The translations under genes and the position numbers were made by a program. From positions 1,740,001 through 1,772,000 of the forward strand of contig NZ_LN831024.1 of assembly GCF_001457615.1 (NCBI RefSeq): DNA of 32,000 nucleotides. The letters are read 5' to 3'. Shown in pieces: positions 24,010-30,719 of the stretch. The notes under the pieces were generated by a model, which saw only the letters and a list, made by a program, of their open reading frames with translations, searched no databases and was not told the DNA's origin. Position 1 is the stretch's first letter; each line of letters begins with the position of its first letter. The stretch comes from Pseudomonas aeruginosa (lineage in GTDB: Bacteria; Pseudomonadota; Gammaproteobacteria; Pseudomonadales; Pseudomonadaceae).

Positions 24010-24292
24010 GTTACCGCAGGCCGGATAAATACGAAGGCGGGCGCGAAGAGCGTATTTCCCGATTCTCTTCTCGCTCGCTTTTCTTTCTTTAATTTCCGAT
24101 CGATAGGGTAACTTTTCTTACTTTTATTTTGCTTGTTTTCAAAATGCCATCAGCAAGAATGGCTGACTTTTGCAAAGTCTCACGTCGCGCGCCCGTTATT
24201 TTCAATCATTCTATCGAGCGACATTTTTCAGGCTTACGGAAATTACCTTCCGTCTGCCGGCCTTGTTTGACTCGACCTGACGTAACAATGGA

Positions 24293-24328
24293 CAAGCGCC
24301 GGGAAAGTTCCAGCTTCCGCGGCGCTTG
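24293..24328 (-). terminator. Strong GC hairpin 24 nt downstream of the PF10118-like gene stop
   Basis: CAAGCGCCGGGAA-agttccagc-TTCCgCGGCGCTTG gives 13 bp of stem with one bulge. It sits between convergent genes and could terminate either. The U-tract is poor on both strands. Confidence 0.5.
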
Positions 24329-24351
24329 CCGGTATTTCCAGTGAATTGTTT

Positions 24352-25239
24352 TCAGGCGTTCGCCGCGCGCCGGGCCGCCGGCGAGTTGGCCAGGTATTCC
24401 AGGGCTTCCTGGGTATTCGCCTCGTGCTCGGGGTGGTACCAGGGATTGAAGTAACGGGCGACGTCGCGGAAGGTGCGCGCGAGGTTCGGCAGCAGGCCCT
24501 GCTTGCCGAGCCGCCACCAGGTTCGTAGGAATCCCTGGCGCTTGGCGCCGCGCAGGCTCGGGTCCTGGTCGAGGAGGGTGCGGGTGCCGTCGGCGAGCAG
24601 GTAGACCAGTATCGCGATGACCAACAGCATGGTCAGTTGCCGGGTGACGAAGCTGCCGCCCAGATGCACGTGCAGGTCGTGGGCGACGCTGCGGTGCTCT
24701 ACTTCCTCGGCGCCGTGCCAGCGCAGCAGGTCGAGCATCACCGGGTCGCTGCCGCGGCGATCCAGCTCCCGGGCCTCCAGCACCCACTTGCCGAGCACGC
24801 AGGTGAAATGCTCCACCGCGGCGATGATCGCGCAGCGCTGGCGCAGCCACCAGCCGTCGAGGGCGCGGGTCAGGCGGTTCTGCCCCAGCGGGTAGTCGCA
24901 GAGCAGGCGTTCGAAAAGGAAATCCATCTTGTCGGTGAACGGCTTGGAGTCGATGTCGAACCTGCTCAGGTAGCGCTGGATCGCGCCGTCGTGGGCCCGC
25001 GAATGCATCGCTTCCTGGCGGATGAAACCCTGCACGTCGTCGCGCAGGCGGGCGTCGCTAACCAGCGGCAGGGCCTTGTTGTAGAGGCGGCAGAACCACA
25101 GTTCGCCGGAAGGCAGGAGCATGTGCAGGACGTTCATCACCTGGGACGCTTCCGCTTCGCCGGGAACCCAGTGCAGGGGGGTATCGCTGAAGTCGAAGCG
25201 GACCTTGCGCTGGACCAGCTTGTGGTGGAATTCGCTCAT
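24352..25239 (-). CDS. Putative metal-dependent hydrolase (COG3687 / PF10118-like), 295 aa
   Basis: It has the N-terminal pattern RKVRFDFSDTPLHWVPG...VMNVLHMLLPSGELWF..FIRQEAMHSRAH and later WHGAEEVEHRSVAHD. This His/Glu-rich helical pattern is what I recall for that family. The assignment is from memory and unverified. Confidence 0.65.
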   Translation of the reverse strand: MSEFHHKLVQRKVRFDFSDTPLHWVPGEAEASQVMNVLHMLLPSGELWFCRLYNKALPLVSDARLRDDVQGFIRQEAMHSRAHDGAIQRYLSRFDIDSKPFTDKMDFLFERLLCDYPLGQNRLTRALDGWWLRQRCAIIAAVEHFTCVLGKWVLEARELDRRGSDPVMLDLLRWHGAEEVEHRSVAHDLHVHLGGSFVTRQLTMLLVIAILVYLLADGTRTLLDQDPSLRGAKRQGFLRTWWRLGKQGLLPNLARTFRDVARYFNPWYHPEHEANTQEALEYLANSPAARRAANA

Positions 25240-25248
25240 GGCAGGCTC

Positions 25249-27027
25249 TCAGGAAGTCAGGTCGAAGCGCGCGAGAAACCGCGTGGCCCAGGGCGCGAAG
25301 CGCCATTGCAGGGCGCCGAGGTGCACCTCGCTGCCCACCGAGACCACCGCCTTGTTGCGCTCCACGGCGCGCACCAGCTTTTCCCCGACGGTGTCCGGGC
25401 TGAGCCGGCGTCGCTTGTAGAAGCGCTGGATCTTCGCCTGGCGCCGTGCCTGGCGTTCGGCGTCCATGCCGACGAAGCGGGTGGCCTGGACAATGCCGGT
25501 ATCGACGAAGCCCGGGCACACCGCGGTGACTCCGATCGAACGTCCGGCCAGTTCCGCCCGCAGGCATTCGCTGAGCATCAGTACCGCGGCCTTGCTGGTG
25601 GCGTAGGCGGGGTAGTTGCGCGACGGCGCGAAGGCCACGCCGGAGGCGACATTGACCAGGTGCCCCGGCTTGTTCGCCGCGATCATCTGCCGGCCGAACA
25701 GGCGGCAGCCGTCGATCACGCTCCACAGGTTGACCCGCAGCAGGCGCTCCCATTCCGCGGGCGAGGTGTCGAGCATCGGTCCGGCCATGCCGATGCCGGC
25801 ATTGCTGACTACCACATCCGGGACTCCGAGGGTGTCGCGCACCCACTCGGCGAAGGTCTCCATGGCCTGGGTATCGCCGACGTCGACCTGGTAGACATGG
25901 GCCGTGGCGCCAAGGGCGCGGGCCAGTTCGGCGCTGCGTTCGGCGGCTTCCAGGTCGAGATCGGCGGCGAGCAGGCTGGCGCCGCGCTCGGCGAAGCTGA
26001 GCAGGGTCGAACGGCCGATGCCGCCGCCGGCGCCGGTGACCACCACCAGCTTGCCGTTCATCGAGCGCGCGTCGGGCCGGACCTGGGCGCGTTGCAGGGC
26101 CGGCGGCGACTCGCCGGTTTCCTGGGCGTCGATGAACTCGCCGAGCCAGCCGGCCAGTTGCTCCGGCTCGGCCAGCAGTTGCCAATGGCCGACGCTCGCC
26201 TCGCGCCGCCACAGGCGTGGCGCCCACAGGCTGAGGTGCTGGAACAGCTGGGCGCCGACGTAACGGTCGCGGGTCGGTACGATCAGTTGCACCGGCACTT
26301 CGGTGTGGCGCTTGCGCGGACGGAACAGGCTGCGGATGAAGTTGCCGCGGTACAGCTTGACCCCGTGCCGGCCGTCGCTGGCCTGGGTCGGGTTGACCTG
26401 CGGATGGCGGACGCCTTCGGCGTGCTTCAGGAACTGCGGCCAGAGCCGGGCCAGGCCGGCGCTCCAGAGCAGCTCGGGTACGACGGGGGTATGGAAGAAG
26501 GCGATGTACCAGGAGTGGAGCAACTGGCCGAATACCGCTTTCAGGGCCTTCGGACTGCGCTGCCTGAGGTGTTCGCGCATCCAGAAACCGACATGGTCCA
26601 GGCAGGGCCCGGAGATCGAGGTATAGGACGCGATCAGCGGTCGGCACTGCGGATCGGTGACGCTTTCCCAGGTCTGGATCGAGCCCCAGTCATGGGCCAG
26701 CAGGTGTACCGGGCGGTCCGGGCTGGTGGTGCGGATCACCGCCTGCAGGTCTTCGCTGAGCCGCTGCAGGTGGTAGTCGCGGCTCCAGCGTGGCTTGTCC
26801 GAAGCGCCGGCGCCACGCACGTCGTAGGCGACGATGCGGTAGCGCCCGGCCAGTTGGCGGATCAGCGGCAGCCAGGTCTCGTGGTTGTCCGGGTAGCCAT
26901 GCACCATCAGCAGCGTCGGCTTGCCGTTGTCCGGCGCGCCCCAGCAATGAACCGCCAGGCGCACGTCGCCGGATTGCACGAACAGGCGTTCCGGCTGCAG
27001 GTCGGGGAGGGCGAGGAGCGCGTTCAT
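25249..27027 (-). CDS. Bifunctional alpha/beta-hydrolase (epoxide-hydrolase-like) / short-chain dehydrogenase fusion, 592 aa (EphD-like)
   Basis: N-terminal domain:
- HGYP oxyanion motif (H43-P46).
- AHDWGS with an Asp nucleophile (D113).
- Candidate lid tyrosines (SWYIAFF, KLYRGNF).
- PTRDRYV acid residue.
- VGHWQL His.
C-terminal domain:
- VVTGAGGGIGRST.
- SNAGIG.
- Canonical YATSK.
Start moved from the ORF-track 27231 to ATG 27027, which overlaps the upstream stop (ATGA). Confidence 0.88.
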   Translation of the reverse strand: MNALLALPDLQPERLFVQSGDVRLAVHCWGAPDNGKPTLLMVHGYPDNHETWLPLIRQLAGRYRIVAYDVRGAGASDKPRWSRDYHLQRLSEDLQAVIRTTSPDRPVHLLAHDWGSIQTWESVTDPQCRPLIASYTSISGPCLDHVGFWMREHLRQRSPKALKAVFGQLLHSWYIAFFHTPVVPELLWSAGLARLWPQFLKHAEGVRHPQVNPTQASDGRHGVKLYRGNFIRSLFRPRKRHTEVPVQLIVPTRDRYVGAQLFQHLSLWAPRLWRREASVGHWQLLAEPEQLAGWLGEFIDAQETGESPPALQRAQVRPDARSMNGKLVVVTGAGGGIGRSTLLSFAERGASLLAADLDLEAAERSAELARALGATAHVYQVDVGDTQAMETFAEWVRDTLGVPDVVVSNAGIGMAGPMLDTSPAEWERLLRVNLWSVIDGCRLFGRQMIAANKPGHLVNVASGVAFAPSRNYPAYATSKAAVLMLSECLRAELAGRSIGVTAVCPGFVDTGIVQATRFVGMDAERQARRQAKIQRFYKRRRLSPDTVGEKLVRAVERNKAVVSVGSEVHLGALQWRFAPWATRFLARFDLTS

Positions 27028-27899
27028 GCGGCCTCCCGTGCTTGCGGCAGCAGTCCGCGCGCCTGCCAGCGGCGGACGTGCGGCAGGTCGTCGTCGAGCC
27101 AGTAGGCGTCGTCTTCGGTGACCACCAGCAGTTCTTCGAACTTGGCGCCCACCCCGCGTAGCCCCAGGTGCGGTTCCACCGCCCAGAGACCGGGCGTCGG
27201 CGGGTGCTCGGACCGCTTGCCGCTGGACCACAGCGGCGACCAGCCTTCGCGCTTGCCGGTGACCAGCGCGTTGCGCGTCAGGGTGTACAGGTTGCGCACG
27301 CCGAAGCGCGCCACCGAGGGACCGCGGCGGTTGCCGAGCTTTTCCACGCGATGGGCGAGCACTTCGAAGGGATAGGCCTTGTGCCGTGGCAGGGTGCCCT
27401 GGATCACGCAGAGCCGGTCGACCGCCTGGCTGACTTCGGCCAGGGGGCGCCGTTCGCGGACCAGGTCAAGGATGGTGCGTCGGTGTATCAGCAGGTCGTC
27501 CATCAGCCGCTCCTGCAACAGGTTGTGGCCTAGTGCGCCGGAGTAGCCGACATCGGCGGTATAGGCGCCGAGGGTCGGCGCGCAGTCGAGGATGAACGGC
27601 ATGCCTTCCTCCAGGCGCTGCTTGCCGGGGTAGAAGGCCAGGTTGAAGCCACCGAGATGACGCAGGCCGTCGAAGCCCTTGAACGAGGTGCGGCTGCCGA
27701 ACCAGGCGAAGGGCTGGTGGAACCAGTCGTCGACGCCATGATCCTGCAGCCAGGTCTTCATCAGCGCCGCGGCTTCCCTCTCGCTGATGCCGGCGCGCAG
27801 TTCGCCGTGGATGGTTTCGCAGCAGGTATAGGCCAGTCGCTGGACCTGGCGGAAGTGATCGAGATCGTCGGGAGTGGGTACCCAGGCGCCTTGGGACAT
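27024..27899 (-). CDS. M24 'pita-bread' fold protein (aminopeptidase/creatinase-like), 291 aa
   Basis: Pattern GISEREAAALMKTWLQDHGV ... PFILDCAP..GAYTADVGYS ... VLAHRV ... WAVEPHLG..GVGAKFEELLVVTEDD reproduces the spacing of the D, D, H, E, E metal ligands of the M24 family. GGAGAGAG SD upstream of the ATG. Confidence 0.7.
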   Translation of the reverse strand: MSQGAWVPTPDDLDHFRQVQRLAYTCCETIHGELRAGISEREAAALMKTWLQDHGVDDWFHQPFAWFGSRTSFKGFDGLRHLGGFNLAFYPGKQRLEEGMPFILDCAPTLGAYTADVGYSGALGHNLLQERLMDDLLIHRRTILDLVRERRPLAEVSQAVDRLCVIQGTLPRHKAYPFEVLAHRVEKLGNRRGPSVARFGVRNLYTLTRNALVTGKREGWSPLWSSGKRSEHPPTPGLWAVEPHLGLRGVGAKFEELLVVTEDDAYWLDDDLPHVRRWQARGLLPQAREAA

Positions 27900-27929
27900 G
27901 GCTCTCTCCAGGCTGGCTTGTCGTTATTG

Positions 27930-27947
27930 TGACATTGATTGATGTCA
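27930..27947. promoter_or_regulatory. Inverted repeat TGACAT-N6-ATGTCA; candidate operator of the M24/EphD-like operon
   Basis: This perfect 6-bp-arm dyad sits in the only AT-rich patch of the 311-bp divergent region. It lies 31-48 bp upstream of the operon ATG (27899) and overlaps an ATGACA (-35-like) hexamer on the minus strand. Confidence 0.45.
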
Positions 27948-28210
27948 TGGTTGATGCTGGCCCATAAGCAGGCGTTGCGCCAGCCCTGGGAAGTCTCTTC
28001 ACGCCGGTGTTACGGCACTTGCTACCGGCGCCGGAAGGCCCGGGGCAGAAGGCTCGGGACGTTTCCCCCGGGTTTTGGCGGTGGTGCCGGAGAAGCGGCT
28101 GACCGACGAGTCCAGTCTTTGGTTGGCGCCCGCGCCTCCGGACGCCGGCAAAGAGCGTTGCGCCCCCGGAGGTTGTGGCCGTTCGGCGGGCCTCGTTATG
28201 ATCCGCCTCC

Positions 28211-29023
28211 ATGAGCACACCCCTGACCCTTCTGCAGCGCCTGCTGCAACGTGGCGAGCAGCCGTCCGCCGAGGATGCCCGCGAATACAGCGTCGACGAA
28301 CTGGCTCGCGCGGCCGGCAGCAGCGTGCGCAACGTACGCGCCTACCAGGACCGCGGCCTGCTGCCGCCGCCGGAGCGGCGCGGCCGGATCGGCGTGTATT
28401 TCGACAGTCATCTCAAGCGCCTGCGGCTGATCAGCCAGTTGCTCGAGCGCGGCTATTCCAGCGCCAACATCAAGGAACTGCTGGAAGCCTGGGAACAGGG
28501 CCGCGACCTCGACCATGTGCTCGGCCTGGACCAGGCGATCATCGGCGAGTGGAACCTGGAGACGCCCGGCAGCATCGGCTTCGACGAACTCCAGGCGATC
28601 TTCGGCGACGAACTGAACGACCGGGTGATCGACAAGGCCCAGGCGCTGGGCCTGCTGCTGTTCGACGGCGAGCGCATGAAGATCCCCAGTCCACGGCTGT
28701 TCCAGGCCGGGCTGGAACTGTACCGCAGCGGCATCCCGCTGGAGGCGCTGCTCGATCAACTCGGCGAGTTGCGCAGCGACACCGAGCATCTGGCGGCGGG
28801 AATCGTCCGCCTGATCGTCACCCACCTGGTGGACGGCCGCGGCACCGACCTGCTGCCCGGGGCGCCGGACCTGCAGGAGCTGGCCAAGGTGTTCCTGCGC
28901 CTGCGCCCGCTGGCGGAACACGTGGTCCAGGTGGAACTGGCGCGCGGCCTCAAGCTGTCGGCCAACGAAATGCTCGGCGAGCGTGTCGGCGAGATGCTGC
29001 GCAAGCTGGAAAAGCCTTCCTGA
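28211..29023 (+). CDS. MerR-family transcriptional regulator (270 aa)
   Basis: N-terminal MerR HTH YSVDELARAAGSSVRNVRAYQDRGLLPPPERRGRIGVYFDSHLKRLRLISQLLERGYS with a long C-terminal effector region. Divergent from the 27899-24352 operon. No obvious SD. Confidence 0.85.
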   Translation: MSTPLTLLQRLLQRGEQPSAEDAREYSVDELARAAGSSVRNVRAYQDRGLLPPPERRGRIGVYFDSHLKRLRLISQLLERGYSSANIKELLEAWEQGRDLDHVLGLDQAIIGEWNLETPGSIGFDELQAIFGDELNDRVIDKAQALGLLLFDGERMKIPSPRLFQAGLELYRSGIPLEALLDQLGELRSDTEHLAAGIVRLIVTHLVDGRGTDLLPGAPDLQELAKVFLRLRPLAEHVVQVELARGLKLSANEMLGERVGEMLRKLEKPS

Positions 29024-29030
29024 CTCTTCT

Positions 29031-29945
29031 TCAGATCTTCCGCGCCGCCGCCTGGATCTGTTCCCGCAGCCAGGCGCCGGCCGCTTCGCGCTCGGCGTCG
29101 CCGCGCCAGATCTGCACATAGTCGAAGCGCGGGATCGCCAGCGGCGGCTCGCAGAGCGCCAGTTCCTCGGGTAGCCGCAACCTTTCGAGGGTGCGTTCGG
29201 CGATGGTCAGTACCAGGTCGGTGCCGGCCAGCAGCGCCGGGGCCACGGTGAAGTGCGGCAGGGTCAGCGCCACCTGCCGGCGCAGGCCGCGTTTTTCCAG
29301 GGCGCTGTCGACTTCCTCGGCCGGGTTGTCCTGTAGCGAGACGCGCACGTGGCGGGCCGCCAGGTAGCGGTCGAGGGACAGGCCGTCGGGGCGGTCGAAC
29401 AGGCTGCGCCGACAGACGCAGACGAAACGCTCCTCGAACAGGCGCCTGGCGCGCACGCCCTCCGGAAGCAGGGGGAATACCCCCAGCGCGCAGTCCAGCT
29501 GTCCTTCGGCGACCTGACGGGCGGTTTCCAGGCGCGGTTCCTGGACTATCCCGAAGCTCACCCCGGGCGCCAGCGCCTGTTGCTGGCGCAGCAGCGCCGG
29601 CAGCACCACCCAGGCGCCGTAGTCGGACATGCCCAGGCGGAAGTGGCGTCGGCTGCGCACCGGTTCGAAGGTCGGCCCGCCGATCACCCCGCGTACCTGG
29701 TCGAGGCTGGCCTGGAGCTTCGGCGCCAGCTCCAGCGCCAGGCTGGTCAACTGCATGCGGCTTTTCACCCGCACCAGCAGTGGATCGCCGAACAGTTCGC
29801 GGAGACGCCCGAGGGCGTGGCTGACCGCCGGCTGCGACATGGCCAGGCGCTGCGCCGCGCGGGACACGTGGCGCTCGCTGAGGAGCGCGTCGAGCACCAC
29901 CAGCAGGTTGAGGTCGATACGGCGTAGGTCATGAATCTGCTGCAT
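29031..29945 (-). CDS. LysR-family transcriptional regulator (304 aa)
   Basis: LRRIDLNLLVVLDALLSERHVSRAAQRLAMSQPAVSHALGRLRE HTH plus a LysR substrate-binding domain. Start moved from the ORF-track 30041 to ATG 29945. Confidence 0.9.
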   Translation of the reverse strand: MQQIHDLRRIDLNLLVVLDALLSERHVSRAAQRLAMSQPAVSHALGRLRELFGDPLLVRVKSRMQLTSLALELAPKLQASLDQVRGVIGGPTFEPVRSRRHFRLGMSDYGAWVVLPALLRQQQALAPGVSFGIVQEPRLETARQVAEGQLDCALGVFPLLPEGVRARRLFEERFVCVCRRSLFDRPDGLSLDRYLAARHVRVSLQDNPAEEVDSALEKRGLRRQVALTLPHFTVAPALLAGTDLVLTIAERTLERLRLPEELALCEPPLAIPRFDYVQIWRGDAEREAAGAWLREQIQAAARKI

Positions 29946-29959
29946 GGAAGGTGTACCAA

Positions 29960-29988
29960 CTATCGATTTCCATTCGCGAAGTGGATAG
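29960..29988. promoter_or_regulatory. Interrupted palindrome in the LysR/DUF606 divergent region
   Basis: CTATC-N19-GATAG has a nested TCCA-N9-TGGA. It is centred in the 88-bp spacer, resembling LysR-type T-N11-A sites. Confidence 0.35.
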
Positions 29989-30033
29989 CAAAAACTCTGC
30001 TCCAGAGGCAAGGGCCGGAGGAGGAGAATCAGC

Positions 30034-30489
30034 ATGCCCAATTATCTGATGGTACTGATGGCAGTTTCGGTGGGCGGCATGGTGGTGCTGCAGGCCGGCA
30101 GCAACGCCTTGCTCGGGCGCCTGCTCGGCCATCCGCTGAGCGCCAGCCTGACTTCGCTGGGCGTCAGCCTCGGGGTGGTCAGCCTGGGCCTGCTGCTGGT
30201 GCGGGTGCCGCTGCCGGCTACCGCCAGCCTCGGCGGCGCGCCCTGGTGGAGCTGGCTCGGCGGGCTGTTCGGCGCGGCCTACCTGACGGTGGCGATCCTG
30301 GTCGCGCCGCGCCTGGGTGCCGCCACTTTCATCGCGTGCGTGGTGGCCGGGCAGATGCTGGTCTCGGCGCTCTGCGACCAGTTCGGCTGGGCCGGTTTCC
30401 CGGTGCGCCGTTTGTCCTGGGAGGGCTATCTCGGCCTGGCGCTGGTGGTGGCGGGGGTATTGCTCCTGCAATGGCGGGGAAGAGCGTGA
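30034..30489 (+). CDS. DUF606/YdcZ-like small inner-membrane protein (DMT-superfamily half-transporter), 151 aa
   Basis: Five predicted hydrophobic helices and YdcZ-like size and pattern (VLQAGSNALLGRLLG). Strong SD GGAGGAGGAG upstream. Divergent from the LysR gene. Confidence 0.7.
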   Translation: MPNYLMVLMAVSVGGMVVLQAGSNALLGRLLGHPLSASLTSLGVSLGVVSLGLLLVRVPLPATASLGGAPWWSWLGGLFGAAYLTVAILVAPRLGAATFIACVVAGQMLVSALCDQFGWAGFPVRRLSWEGYLGLALVVAGVLLLQWRGRA

Positions 30490-30719
30490 GGAGAGTGCCG
30501 GCGAAGGCTGTCAAGTGGAATCTGGCCTAGACCAAAATCTTGATCTCAAATTGTGATGAAGTTGGCATGAATAGTTGTTGCAAAGCGTGTTGAAACCAAA
30601 GCGTCTTTTTCCCTCACTAGCGTCGTCGGGGTTCGAACAGCTTGCTGCCGAGTGAGCCTGCGGGCGTCATGGATGCGCTCGGCAGCCCTGTGCCACACCC
30701 TGACCTGGTGAGTCCCCCG

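Noticed and set aside
24129-24344. 71-aa ORF in the AT-rich spacer after clpP2
   Set aside because: It has no SD and an atypical composition, and it runs through the terminator hairpin. It is more likely non-coding.
24637-27105. 822-aa plus-strand ORF antisense to the PF10118-like and EphD-like genes
   Set aside because: Shadow ORF spanning two real minus-strand genes. The composition is typical of antisense high-GC translation.
30508-30525. Pho-box-like CTGTCAAGTGGAATCTGG upstream of plcN
   Set aside because: The second half-site is offset by about 3 bp from the 11-bp periodicity and matches poorly. I did not call it as a feature.
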